Below, one piece after another: positions 1 through 13,950 of a DNA stretch of 64,000 nt. The notes beneath the pieces were generated by a model that searched no databases, was not told the origin of the DNA, and saw only the letters and a list, made by a program, of their open reading frames with translations. Both the position numbers and the translations under genes were made by a program. The DNA lies in contig OZ231126.1 of NCBI GenBank assembly GCA_965153355.1, positions 21,142,001 to 21,206,000 on the forward strand, written 5' to 3'. The number at the start of each line of letters is the position of its first letter. Position 1 is the first letter of the stretch. The stretch is from Flaccisagitta enflata (lineage: Eukaryota).

Positions 1-1237
1 TGCTAACAAAAATAAGTCAGCTAACCTCTTAAAATTTTTATGCAAAATCAAGCTAAAATCTTGAATTTTTCATTCTTTGTAAAAAGCGCCCCAAGGATGA
101 TTTGATTTTAGCTAGAAAACACTTCCCCACATTGAGTAGAGCCTAAAAAACCAGGTGGGGGCACTGGTCATTGACCTTGAACTTTTTTCCACTCTGTGGG
201 CACTAGTGCTATATCAGTCCATCAAATCCCACCTCGACTGAAAAAAAAAACAACCTAACGCCACTTTATCCCACTCAACCCACCTACATGCTCATTTCCT
301 CAAGTGCGTCACTATCATCAACATCAGCTATTTTCATTATCAATTTTGGGCAAATAGTCTCAAAGGGATCGAGGACCTAGTGCTTTCATTGTACATGTTC
401 TCTGTCATCTCTTCTTCTTCTTCTTTCTTCTTCTTCTTCCTCTTCTTCTCTCTCCTTCTTTCTTTTTCTTTTTCTTTTTCTTTTCTTTTTCTTTTTCTTT
501 TCTTTTTCTTCTTCTTCTTCTTCTTCTTCTTCTTCTTCTTCTTTCTCTTCCTCTTCTTCTTCCTCTTCTTCCTCTTCTTCTTTTCTGTCCGCCCCCCCCT
601 CTGACTCAATCCTACCCTCACGGCCTATATCCTTGCCTCGAGACCCCAATCCCAGCCTCAAAGCCCTAATCCTAGCCTCGAGGCCCAAATCCCAGCTTCA
701 AGACCCCCATCCAGCCTCAGCCCAAATCTTAACCTTTGAGGCCCTAATCTCAGTCTTGATGCCTAGATCCCAGCCTCGAGGCCCAATCCCAGCCTTGATG
801 CCCTGATTCCAGCCTTGAGGCCCCAATCCCAGCCTCAAGGCCCCAATCCCGGCCTCAAGGCCCCAAGCTCAGTCTCGAGGCCAAAATCCTAGCTTTTAGG
901 CCAAAATCCCAGCCTGGAGGCCCAAATCCGAACCCGGAGGCCCATATATCCTGGCCCCAACCCAAGCTTGGATGCACCAATCTCAGCCTCAAGGCCCCAA
1001 TTCCAGCCTCAAGGCCCAAATCTCAGCCTTAATGCCCGACTTCAGTCTTGAGGCTCAAATATACGCCCAAAGGTCCAAATCCAAGTTGCTAAAAGGAGAA
1101 GAAGAAAATTCCACGTATGTGCGAAAGCATAGGTCATCGACCCCTTTGGGGCCGCTTCCCTGCTCCCTCCCTGAACTTTACTGCATTACTGCCCCTGCCC
1201 CACCGTACGTGACTAGGGTGCCGTGTATCCAGCGTTG

Positions 1238-1347
1238 TTATCATTATCATCATCATCATCATCATCATCATCGTCATCATCACCACCATCATCTTCATCA
1301 TTATAATCATGATCATCATCATGATCATCATCTTCATACTACTACTA

Positions 1348-1386
<39 letters not shown>

Positions 1387-1410
1387 ATGACACACACACA
1401 CACACACACG

Positions 1411-1450
<40 letters not shown>

Positions 1451-2137
1451 CTAATTCATCATCACCATCATCATTATTTTCATGATTTTCATTTTTCTCA
1501 TCATAATCATCATCATTATTAACATCATCATCACACACACACAATACTACATTATCACTACTATCATCACTATCATCGTCATCATCATCATCATCATCAG
1601 CAATATTATTAATATCATAACTACCAATATCAATCATTACTATTATTTTCATTTCATTACACACACATTACACACACACACACACATTCACACATCACTA
1701 TCATCATTTTTTTTATTTTTACTACTTAACACTACACATTACTACTTACCAATACTACTAATAATATCATCATCATCATCATCACACACACATTACTACT
1801 ACTACCATAACCATCAATATCAACTATCATAATTACTTATCATTATTATAATTATTATGGATTCATTAATAATAATACACACACACACACACACACACAC
1901 ACACTACTGCCACACACACACAATATCATCATAATCTTCACACATTACTATCATCAGGACCAATAATCATCATCATCATCATCATCATCATCCCAACAAT
2001 TCACCGCTCCAAAACCTCCGTAAGTTGGGGTATTGATATAGATTCATTTGAACTCTCAAAAAACTTGATTAAGTATGCAATTCATAATGAAAATAAATCA
2101 TCGTCTTCATCATCATCATCCACATTACTATCATCGA

Positions 2138-2190
<53 letters not shown>

Positions 2191-2262
2191 CACACACACA
2201 CACAATATCATGATTATCACTTTCTATCATAATTATCTCACCATCTCACACACACACACACA

Positions 2263-2298
<36 letters not shown>

Positions 2299-2494
2299 AA
2301 TCATCATCATCATCATCATCATCATCCCAACAATTCACCGCCCCAAAACCTCCGTAAGTTGGGGTATTGATATAGATTCATTTGAACTCTCAAAAAACTT
2401 GATTAAGTATGCAATTCATAATGAAAATAAGCGAATATTACAATTTCTAAATCATCGTCTTCATCATCATCATCCACATTACTATCATCGACAA

Positions 2495-2545
<51 letters not shown>

Positions 2546-2612
2546 ACACACACACACTCATACACTACATCATTAACTTCATTATTTTTCATCATAATTA
2601 TCCTCACCATCC

Positions 2613-2679
<67 letters not shown>

Positions 2680-2860
2680 CATCATCATCATCATCATCAT
2701 CATAATCATCATCATCATCATCATCATCATCCCAACAATTCACCGCTCCAAAACCTCCGTAAGTTGGGGTATTGATATAGATTCATTTGAACTCTCAAAA
2801 AACTTGATTAAGTATGCAATTCATAATGAAAATAAGCGAATATTACAATTTCTAAAGTAA
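1238..2860. repeat. Mixed (CAT)n/(CA)n microsatellite field with three copies of a ~105-125-bp unique unit
   Basis: The unit cccaacaattcaccgc...cataatgaaaataa starts at ~1992, ~2326 and ~2731. Confidence 0.9.
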
Positions 2861-3049
2861 TGGGGCACAGGCTCTAAATGATCAACCTAGATGCCTCCCA
2901 TGTATTTGTCCTTGGAATTGATGAGTTGAAATCATAAAAAATAGGTTTTGACATTCTCCAGCTGAAGACTCTTCCCTGTATACATAAAATCTAAATTTGA
3001 AAATTTCAGCAAAAGGGAGAGAGAGAGAGAGAGCGAGAGCGAGAGCGAG

Positions 3050-3119
<70 letters not shown>

Positions 3120-3300
3120 CGGACGAGAGGACAGAAAGAGAGAGACACGGACAATGGATAGACATTTAGAAAGCAAACACGAGAAAGACGACACAGAAGG
3201 ATGGGCTCGAAGACTGATAAAGAGACAGACTTGCAGATTACCAAAATGAAATGCTGTCTGATAGAGAGATGGGTTGGTGGATAACAAGGCCAACACCTAT

Positions 3301-3818
3301 TCAATTGCTCAGTCTCAGAGAGAATAAAAGCATTCTATCGGTCTCTTAACTCGATTCTACGAGTGGAAGGCCGGTCAAACGACATTGTACTCCTGCGTCT
3401 TCTTGAGGCTCATTGTGTGCCAATCATCACATATGCGATTGAAACCATTCATGTCATGGACCGAGATGAAAAACGATCGCTGAGAGTTGCCTACAACTCA
3501 ATCTTCCGCAAACTTTTTGGCTATCGGCATTTCGAAAGTGTATCTAATCTCCAGCACTCTCTAGGTCGACCCACATGGGAAGAGCTGGTTGATCGACGCC
3601 AAAGTGGTTTTCTCTCTCGGGCACGAACTTGTGACCACAACGCACTGATCCGAGCATTCTGCTAATTTTGCCTTTGTTTTGTTTTCTTGTTTTGTTTTGT
3701 TTTGTTTTTAATGTCTCATCGATGTACTATTATTTACAATCTCCTACTTAATCATCATTTTGCACATGAATTTGTCTGTACTTCTTCGCTACACTATTTT
3801 GTGTGAATAAATGTCATA
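3301..3818 (+). mobile_element. 5'-truncated non-LTR retrotransposon (LINE; ORF2 C-terminus plus 3' UTR), L2/CR1/RTE-X-like
   Basis: Open frame 3303-3665 (FYRSLNSILR...LLEAHCVPIITYAIE...LRVAYNSIFRKLFGY...SVSNL) resembles the post-RT C-terminal region of LINE ORF2. The 3' UTR ends gtgtgaataaa. It splits the HINE terminus aacaaggccaacacctat^aagtcgcgtgc, which is intact at 35181. Confidence 0.8.
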
Positions 3819-4144
3819 TATAAGTCGCGTGCGAAACTTACATCCAGAATGACTTAAAATGACCCAGAATGACATAGTATACATTTATAAGACCTAATAG
3901 TAATATGACCCAAAGAAAAAAAATTGATAAAAAAGTAAAGTGTGACCGACTGACCAACCGACCAACGGACAAATCGGGGTGTAGAGTCGCGTGCACGCGA
4001 CTAAAAAGCGACAAAAAACGAGAATGAGACTAATAGACAGACAGAAAGTCAGAAAATTAGACAGACAAATAGAGAGGCAGATGGATAGGCAAACAAGACT
4101 TTACAAACACTACCACAGACGCACTGCCGGACAGATAAAGAAAG

Positions 4145-4384
4145 AGCAAGGCCGGATACACGGCTACCCCAGTCGCGTGCGGGTGGGCAGGGGCTATAAT
4201 TAAGGTCACTCCATCATTTGGGCAGAAGCAGTGAGGCCAAAAACCGCAAAAAAACAAAAAAAGTAAAGTGTGACGGACGGACGGACGGACGGACGGACGG
4301 ACGGACGGACGGACGGACGGACGGACGGACAGACGGACGGACGGACCGACAAAGCGGGGTGTAGAGTCGCGTAGCACGCGACTA
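4145..4384 (-). mobile_element. HINE/DINE-1-like (Helentron-associated) element, family A, representative copy
   Basis: 5' hairpin tagtcgcgtgctacgcgact, (GTCC)n microsatellite, subterminal IR gcacgcgact, 3' hairpin gccgtgtatccggc, end ccttg. Other copies: ~3283-4003, 6328-6545, 8909-9040, 13637-13845, 15194-15380, 17900-20708, 27688-30363, 28598-28788, 33886-34118, 35181-35797, 43069-43451, 49448-49633. Confidence 0.75.
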
Positions 4385-5145
4385 AGAATAGAAAGACGAG
4401 ACAGAAGAGACAGAAAAGAAGAGAATGAATCCAAAAATTTCCTTTAAACGGCCCCTCCTGAATACAACCGTTGGAGAGATGAATCGAAAAATGGAAGAGG
4501 AAAAGAGAAGCAGAGATTGAAAGAGAGGAAGAAGAGGAAGAACGGATGAGATGAAATTGAAAATGGGTTTCGATGGGGAGGGTCTAAGATGAAGGGCAAA
4601 ACGAAGAATATCCATCTCTCGCCCTACTTTTCATGGCGGCCTTCGGCGGCAACTCCTGCTGCGTTCATCTGCAGCAGCTGCAGCAGCCGGGAGCGTCATC
4701 AGCCGCAGCAGCGGTAGGAGCAGCCAATGTCGTAAACCTGCCATCTGACGGTGGAGAGAGGGAAACGCGAAGAGAATTATCTGCAGCCTTTAAAAAGCGG
4801 TTTTGAATCTAAACGCGGGGGATCTTTCAGTGAAGAATTTTTTTTCAATCTTAAACAGAAAGGAATTTACTCTTTCATTCTTTCTCTGTCTCTCTCTTTC
4901 TCTCTCTGTCTCTCTGTCTCTCTGTCTCCCTGTCTGTTTGTCTCTCTCTGTCTGTTTGTCTCTCTGTCTCTCTGTCTCTCTGTCTCTCTGTCTCTCTCTC
5001 TCTCTCTCTCTCCGGCACACTCCTTCATTTCTGTGATGGGTTGCAGAGCATTTTAGATTTAAGAAAAAAAATTTACAACACAGCCTAGCCAAAATTGGTT
5101 TTGAAGAGAATATGATCTAATTTGTAAGTAGTTGGTTGAAGAATA

Positions 5146-5493
5146 CGTCAGTCAGAGTGCCCAGAAAAGCCAAAATTGTACTTCGCCTGGCAAAAATATT
5201 TTTCTTTTGCAAAAATGCTTTCAAATGAGCCATTGCACAAGTTTCAAATCAATCGGGAACCATCTTTAGGGAGAGGTTGAAGTTTGCATTGAGTCATCAT
5301 TGGAATGTATTTTTCCATTATGCAAATTCTGTCTCTCTCATACAGATCTATGGAAACTTCAACATCATCCTAAAGATGGTTCCCAAATTATTTGAAACCT
5401 GTGCAATGGCTCATTTGAAAGCATTTTTGCAAAGGAAAAATATTTTTGTCAGGCAAAGTACAATTTTGGCTTTTCTAGGCACTCTGACAGACG
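5146..5493. mobile_element. TA-flanked foldback MITE (~125-bp TIRs)
   Basis: ta|cgtcagtcagagtgcccagaaaagccaaaattgtac... and ...gtacaattttggcttttctaggcactctgacagacg|ta. Confidence 0.85.
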
Positions 5494-6544
5494 TATTGAA
5501 GAATGTGATGCAAATTACCAGCCGAGAAAATGCCAAATGGTTCAAGGCCCCTGTTCCTCCAATTTACACCATATTTTAGGTTTTCTGAGGTTAGAATTGA
5601 GATTCTTCAGGCCAGGATCTCAACTTTTAAGACCTATGAACCGCTGGACCAAGAAATGCACCTTAATGACTAATTGCCTAAAAACCAGTATCTAGACCTC
5701 AGTACTAATCGTCAATCAATTGAACGGTTACTCAACTTGGAGATGGTAAATCCGCGAGCCAAATTACATAATTATTAACAATTAAACATCACCATTTACC
5801 AGGAAATCAAGACCAGATTCACGACTTAACTTATTGTCTGTTGGTGGACAGAGGCGATGATGACTTTAGCATTCACATTCTAACCAAAGAGGCTTTGCCT
5901 CTGTGAATTAATGATACTAAATAACATTCTCTGCCGTTGTTCACTGTATTTGGTTATTTTGTATTCTTTCTCAGGAAACAAAAATGTTAGACGGTATCCC
6001 GATGCAACGAGAGGTTTAGAAGAACGAATGGACTCTCAAGAGATTTGGTCAACGGATGGATGGTGGAGAGATGGATGGACAGATCCCCGAATAGAGAGGC
6101 GAGAACGCTTCCGACGATTTTTTCGTACAAAATTTGTGACAAATACTGTTTTCTTAGATGGTCAAAGAAGGACAAGAGGAAAAGTTGACCATCAGGTAAG
6201 CCCGGTTTATAATCTAAATCGATTTTGTCAAAATAACAGACAGACAGACAGACAGACAGACAATCAGACAGACTGAATTTGTGGCAAGTTTCCTCACAGC
6301 GGTTTGTTTATTGCAATTCAAGAGAAAAACAAGGCCGGATACACGGCGACCCAAGTTGCTAGGGTGGGCAGGGGCAGTGATGAAAAAGGCTAACCAAGCA
6401 TTTGAGGAGGGACAATTATGCAATAGGCTGTAGATGCAATAGGCTGTAGATGCTGAAGAAGCGAAGTGCTAAGGACCTTTGGACCAATGGACGCACCGAC
6501 GGACCGACAGACACAGCAGGTTATAGAGTCGCGTGCACAAGACT

Positions 6545-7250
6545 AACTAGTCATCCAAGGATCGCACATGGTCAGCGGTACCCGATGCCCTGCTTGGAGT
6601 GATCAACTGAAGAAGTGGAGTGAGAGCAGGGCAGCGGCCCCAAAGGGCCGATGTCCTGTAGGACACAGGGGTGAATTTCCAGACGTCCTGAGAAGGCACA
6701 TTAAAGGGCTGATTAGATCAATTGAAGCACAGTAATGAGGCATGTAGAGGCTGATTTGGGGGGTCCAGGGCTTGAAAAGGATCAAGGATGAGGGAAGATT
6801 AGAGACCTGAGAGGGTTATTTTGAGGGCTGAATTGAGACACAAGTGATCAGATTCTAAGTTTGAGAGGGCTAGTTTTAGGCCTGAAATGCTTGATTTTTA
6901 GCCTGTCAAGGCTGATTACGGGTATCAGAGATCTAATTTTGGAGCTGAGAGGGCTGATTTTGGGCCTGAGAGGATTGATTTTTGGCCTGAGAGGATTGAT
7001 TTTGGGCCTAAAAGGGCTGATTTTGGGCCTGAGAGGGTTGAGTTTTAGGCCTGAAAGGACTGATATTGGGCCTGAGAGGGCTGATTTTGGGCTTGAGAGG
7101 GCTGATTTTGGGCTTGAGAGGGCTGATTTGGGGCCTGAGAGGGGCCTCCTGGGGGGACGTACGCACGGACGGACGTACGTACGTACGGACGTCTGGAAAT
7201 TCACCCCTGTGTCCCACAGGACATCGGCCCTTTGGGGCCGCTGCCCAAAA
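6545..7250 (-). mobile_element. HINE-like family D variant with 21-bp array
   Basis: IR gggcagcggccccaaagggccgatgtcctg..ggacacaggggtgaatttccagacgtcc near both ends; (gggctgattttgggcctgaga)n inside. Confidence 0.7.
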
Positions 7251-7679
7251 AGGGAAGGGTGGAACTGTGGAGGGGAGAAAATAAGGACAGTAGGGCTGGT
7301 CATATTGCCAACCTTGATGAATCTTCATGTAAGTTGGCAAAAATACTCGAGTTGCTACTTGTGAAAGATTGAGACGTTGCGCGACCTTCAACTCCTTGTA
7401 TCTTCATTGCTCACAAAATGAAAAAAAAAAGTTGATGAAAGTTTAACAAAATTTCGCTTTCGTTTGCAGCAATGCGGTAAAACAGTTTTTCCCCTGAATC
7501 TTCCCTATGCCAGTTTTTAAATCGAACGTTTTCAAGGCGCGCTTTTGTCAACGCAGTCTACGCACTATATGATACAGAGGGGAACTGCATTGTGACAAAA
7601 GAAGTAAAAAAGTCAATTATATCAGACTGACGGTTGAAAAGTTGCTTGATAATCGATATTAAAATGATTTCCTGTTTTC

Positions 7680-8908
7680 TTTCCCTTCTCCCTTTTTTAC
7701 TTTCCATTTACGTTTCTCTTCTTTTCGTTTTCTTTTCTTTTTTCATTTTGTTTTCTTTCTTCTTTTTTTTTCCGTTTTCCTTCCATCCTTTCTTCCTCTC
7801 CGTTTTCCCTCCCGCCTCTTTCTTTTTTCCTCTTTTCCTTTCCGTTTTTCCTTTTCTTCTTTTCCGTTTTCCTTTTTTTCCTTTTTTCCCTTTATTCCAT
7901 TTACCTTTCTTCCTTTCCTTCTGTTTTCCTTTCATTCTTCCGTTTTTCTTTCTTCCTTTCTGTCCGTTTTCTGATCTTCCTTACTGTCCGTTTTTTGTTC
8001 TTCATTTTTTCCGTTTTCCTCTCTTCCTTTCTCCCCGATTTCCTTTCTTCCCTTCATTCCGTTTTCCTACCTTCCTTTCTATTTTCTTTGCTTCCTCTAT
8101 TTTATGTTTTCCTTTCTTCCTTTTGATCCATCTTCCTATCTTTCTCTCCGTTTTCCTTTATTCCTTGCTGTCTGTTTTCTGATCTTACTCTCTTTTTGTT
8201 TTTTTTTTCTTTCTCTTTATTTTCTTTTTTCTTTCTTTCAATTTTCCTTTCATTCTTTACATTTTTCTTTCTTCCTTTCTTCCTTTCTTTCCATTTTTCT
8301 TTCTTACTTTCCTTTAAGTTTTCCTTTATTTACATTTTCATTCCTTCCCTTCTTTTCATTTTCCTTTCATTCTTTCTTTCCATTTTTCTTTCTTTCTTTC
8401 TACATTTTCTTTTCTTCCTTTCCTTCACATTTTCCTTTCTTTACGTTTTCCTTTCTTTACGTTTTCCTTTCCTTACGTTTTTCTTTTTTTCATTCTTTCC
8501 ATTTTTCTTCCTTCCTTTCTTTCCATTTTCCTTTCTTCCTTTCTTTCTGTTTTACGTTTCTTCTGTTTTTGGTTCTTCCTATTGTTCTGTTTTCCTCTCT
8601 TCCTTTTATCCTTTCTTCCTTATGTTTCCATTTTCCTTTCTTTCTTTACGTTTTCCTTTCTTCCTTTCTTTTCATTTTCCTTTCTCTACGTTTTCCTTTC
8701 TTCCTTTTCATTTTCCTTTCTCTACGTTTTCCTTTCTTCCTTTCCATTTTCCTCTCTTTCTGTTTTCCTTTCTTCCTTTGTTTTATCTTTTTTTTCTTCT
8801 CTTTCTTATTTTCATTATTTTTTTTCTTTCTCTCTTTCTATCTTTCTATCTTTCTTTCTTTCTTTCTTTCCTCTTTTCCTTCTTTCTTTCTTTCTTTCAT
8901 CTTTCTTT
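7680..8908. repeat. Pyrimidine-rich low-complexity tract
   Basis: Degenerate ttttcctttc/tttctttc repeats. Confidence 0.9.
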
Positions 8909-9541
8909 TTAGTCGCGACTCCACCTCACCGTGTCGGTCGGTCCCTCCGTCCGTCTGTCCCTAACATTTTTGAATATCGAACATCCTACTGCTCCTGCCC
9001 AACCATCTACGACTGGATTGCTATTTGTCCAGCCTTGTTTTCTTGATCATTGATGGACAGACAGTTTAAACATTTGATAAATACTAAAGAGCCGCATTAA
9101 AACACGCAACCATATTAGACGTATTCTTCCAATCATTTCCCTAATTTGCATAATGAAGTAATCGCAGAAGACAGTTGAAACGAGCTTCCATAAGATATTT
9201 TGACAATGAAACTTGACAGCGGCAATCTACCTGTCATACAAAAGGTAAAGTCATCTATTTCTTACAAGAAATACTGAAACTTGTTCAATAACAGGAAAGT
9301 TTACTGTGGAGTTTTTATTGTTATTGGACCCAGCGACATCGAGTGAGCATTTTGACGGGGAAAACTGCTATGAGCATTGAACATACAAACATTTGAACGC
9401 CGATTTTTAGCTGATTAGTTATGTTTGCTCATATCGGTTCTTCCCTGTGACTTACAGAGATATTTTCGACAAAAACGCATACTGACCAGCCCTGAAGGAC
9501 AGGAAAGAAAGAATACGTAGATAAATAGAAAGAAAGAACGA

Positions 9542-9589
<48 letters not shown>

Positions 9590-9593
9590 ATGA

Positions 9594-9665
<72 letters not shown>

Positions 9666-10743
9666 AAAATGAAAGAAAGAATAAATCAAAGAAAAGGAAG
9701 CAAGCAAGAAAGACAGAATGATGGAGAGAGAGAGGATCAACAAAAGAAAGAAAAAAAATCAGATAAGAAAGTAGACTTTGAGCATCTCCATCTTTGTCTT
9801 TCTTAGAGAGATTTATTTCTTCACTTTGGTCGCTTTGCTCAAGAGGTCGAAAACTTTCCCCGCATACATATTGTTTCATTAGCCTTAACTCTTTCCAACC
9901 AGTGACAAAGTCGCACTAAGACTTATGGAACAACAAATGGAATCGTAAGAGATGGGTACCTCCTCTATTCTATCAACCTATTCATGGGACCGCCCGTCCC
10001 TCCGTCCCTCCGTCCTGCCACTCGCCCTCGCTGTCCTTCCGTCTATGGTGCTATAGTGGTCGATCGTTCCTTACTGCCTCCATTTGCCCATGTACAGTTG
10101 ATTATTTTTGCACTCTTGCATGCAATATCATCTCCTCCTGATGAGCGCTTGAATTAACCTGCTCTGTATTTGGATGATTTGGTAACGTTTCTCGTTGGGT
10201 TCGCAAATTCTGGCAGTTCCATACCTGCTGATAATTCGACGGTTTCATGGATGGTCGCTCATCTGGAAATCGACTTTCATCGCGAATTCCAATTTTTGCA
10301 ATTTTTCATTGGATTTCCTTTTCACTGTCTTTCCCCAATTTCTCTGCTCCGCTCCATTTTCACAACTCTCACATGCGCTTCGAAATTAACGTTAGATCCG
10401 GCAAAAAGAAATCTCATTCCGTTCTTTATTTCCTCTATCCATCTGTAAGCCAAAAGGAATGGTTAATGAAAATATACGAGAAAAATTGGCAACATTCACA
10501 AGATCCAGCAAGCAAGAAACAAAGAACAAAGAACAAAAATCAACAAGATGGATAACTTCTGAAATACTGTTGGTATTAAACACCTCATTTGCATTTTGCA
10601 GTCTTGCAGTACCTGCTATTTAAATGGCAGAAATTTAGAAAACGGTAAGCTCAAATTGGAACCAAATACTAAAATGACATTTTTTGATAAGCAAGAAAGG
10701 AAAACAAAACAAGTTTGTGGACGAAACAAAAAGTATTCAAGTA

Positions 10744-11510
10744 CAGGGTGTTTCACATCAAACAGGACAAGAGAAAACGATGTATTTTTGCTTCTAGAAA
10801 TGCAAAATCATATCTGAAAACTGTTTCTAAAAGATAACTTCAGACGATTTTTGAATGATACAGACTTTTACTAGTCATGGTTAACACATACCCTCAGCAA
10901 AACCATGAAAAAATGCCTTTTTTTAGCAAAAAATACTAATTTCTATCCCAATTCAAGGTTATTCCTTAGATTTTCCATGCTATATACAGATATAGATGAC
11001 AAAAAATGGTCATAAATGTTTGTCAGTTAAGCTAGGACACTGAAGATTGGGATTCCCTTATGACCTTTGTTAAAATTGTATCATTCAATATAGTTATTGA
11101 CTTTTTTGTCAATGCACATGAACTTTTTTCTTGATGAAACTTATAAAAAAGCCTCTGGACCCAACCATTACTGTACAATTTGCTCATTTTTTGCACAGGT
11201 ATGATTCTACCTCACAATATCTTTAATTCAAAACCATTGCCAGGATTGTAGCACTATTTGTTTGGAAATAAGAGTGGGATAAAAGGATGCTTGTCAATGC
11301 ACAACAAAACAAGCAAAAACTCAAAGTAAAAACTATACTTTGCTTTAAACAATACAGAGGGATTCAGTTTTCCTTATGAGGCTTTGGCAAAATACAGATA
11401 TAAAAATCGTTTTTTAAGAGCTTTCTGAGCCTGTTTACAGAATCATTCTACCATTTCTAGAAGCAAAGGTACATCGTTTTCTTTGGTCCTGTTTGGCGTG
11501 GTACTCCCTG
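10744..11510. mobile_element. TA-flanked Tc1/mariner-type MITE
   Basis: ta|cagggtg...aaacaggac...aaaacgatgta...ttgcttctagaaatg versus catttctagaagcaaa...tacatcgtttt...gtcctgttt...ccctg|ta. Confidence 0.8.
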
Positions 11511-12815
11511 TATTTCAAATTCTAATTTCTACTCATACCGGTAGTTTTGAAAATTATTTCATATTCTAAGAAATCACCGTAACGATGATGTAGATTCATC
11601 CTTCAAATGATACGAGCGGTGACTGTGAGATCCGTATGCGCTGCAATTGAATTCCTCACCGGATCATGTCTGTCGACGAAATCTGCTGCGTCACTTCAGC
11701 CAAAAGCTTGTTGGGGAGATTGATCTCCTCTCCCCCCCTCACACAGGTGTGATCTAGAATGGACAGGACACTTGGATTTTGAGTCCTGCTTGACTCCACG
11801 CCATGACCAACAGCCGATTTGTATTTCCATTTCCATCGTTTTCAGATACGCCAAAGCACTTCTACAATAGTTTTTTTTCTGTGAGTCTGTTGATTGGTCG
11901 GTCTGTTTAATGTCGATGATTAAACGGTCTAAAAGCGATTCCTGTGCATTACGGCCCCTGCCCAGTCACAATACAGCCCCCGCCCACCCACTTTCTGCCC
12001 TTGCCTACCCGCTTTACTGCCCCTGTCCACCCGCAAGCGACTACGTATTGGTCATGGCCGTAACCATAAACTTATTCTATACTCCCTTGCCTGGTTTCCA
12101 CGCTCACATCGCTCCACATTCTCAAACCATTTGGTAATCAAGGTTCTTCCTTATGTCAGATCTTTTTGTTCTCTCGCCTCCCCCAATTCCTTATGTGTCC
12201 CCCACCCTTCTCAGAATGCCCACGCTGACATTGCGTTGTCCCACTATGCACCGCTTCTTCTTTTTCAAAATCATGGAATTTTGGGGTCATTTCAGCTTTT
12301 CCTTTTCCTATCGTCCGCTCGACGGCCAAATTGACTTTCGGAAACCTTGACAGAAGGCGTTCTCATTTTCATGTCATGTTCTCTAATCCTCCTATGCCTA
12401 CGCTATCAAGCCCTCCCTCTACCCACGTCCTCTCTCTGCGATCCACGCCCCCCTTTTGCCAATGAGACAGGTCATGCTTCATCACCTTTCTGCGACGAAT
12501 CCTTTCTCATTACCTCGTCAATCTTCCATCTCTCACTCTCGTAAATTCGCTCCGTTCTCTATCTCTATCTATGTTTCTGTCTCTTAGTCGGTCACCAGAT
12601 TTGTTCGTGCGTCGGTCTGTTGGTCTGTCCCCGAAAAGTATGCGAGAATGCATTTCATATTCGCAAAACCGCATACAACTGCTATTGACCATGTATTCGT
12701 TATTCTTGTTTTTCTGTCCTTATTTCTGTCGACGTCTCGGTACCACTGCTACTTTTCTTGTTGTATCTCTGTATCTTTCAATCTGCGTTTCTAACAGTGT
12801 GTCTATCTTTCTTGC

Positions 12816-12880
<65 letters not shown>

Positions 12881-13950
12881 GTCGTCTCATTACGTCCTTC
12901 TAATCCGTTTCATCCTGTTTCATCCCTCATCCTGTCTTTGGAGGTTGGAATATTTCTTCAGGCCAAACTTGTGACTAATCACAAATTGCCGCTGACGCCA
13001 TCTGCCTCATTTTGTCCCTTTTCTGCTGTTTGGTGAGTCTATCGTTATCGCACATTTGCGAACAGCGTTCCTAAAAACCGTTATCTCATTTCTTTTTTGT
13101 CATTATCCATTCCAATACTTTTTTTTTCCTCTTTTTGTTCCCTTCCCCCCTCCGTAAATCTCATCTCAACTCCACCTCCAAGACCTTGCATGATTCAGCA
13201 GATTCACCTCCAATTCTTGTTTCTTCTATTAGATTAAAGTCTGCAAATCTCCTTCCCACTCTCCCTCTGATTTCCACCTTCCATCTCACCACATCCTGCT
13301 CCATATGGAAGTATTGCAGCTCAATTACCAATTCGCAAAATGGAACACGTCCCCACAAATTGAAGACTGAGTCCAAAATGAAACCAACTTTTGTTGATGG
13401 AGAAACTGTTTAAGAAAAATTTTCTGCTATTTTCATTATTCATTATTCAATATTCAAGGTCGACATTTACCACATCCTAGGATGTGGTGGACATGGCCTC
13501 CAATTTTTTCTCCATCTGCCATTCTTGGTAATTAAACATTTTCATTTTTGTTTGAAAATTTCTTCTCTAAACGTTTTACGTAAACGTATTCCAATCTATT
13601 TTCTCTTCCTTTGTAATGATATTCTTGTATCTTTTTCAGTCGCGTGCTAGGCGACTCTACACCCCGCCTTGTCGGTTCGTCAGACCACGGTCCGTATGTC
13701 ACTTGGTCCGTCCATCACACTACTTTTTTAGTTTTTTTTTTTTGCGGTCTTTGGCCTCACCGCTCCTGCCCAAATGATCAAGTGACCTCAAAAACGGCCC
13801 CTGCTCACCCGTATGCGACTGGAGTAGCCGTGTATCCGGCCTTGTACCCCCACTACCCAGCTACTCTACGCTTTCCCCTTTCTCTACTTGAATTTCTGTC
13901 TGCAAATCCCCTCTTCCGCTCCCCGTCTTTTCCTGAGGCTATTCCCCTTT

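Noticed and set aside
6848-7391. Leucine-periodic ORFs (GLRGLIL) as LRR or pentapeptide proteins
   Set aside because: They arise from the 21-bp array of a family D element, which is open in several frames on both strands.
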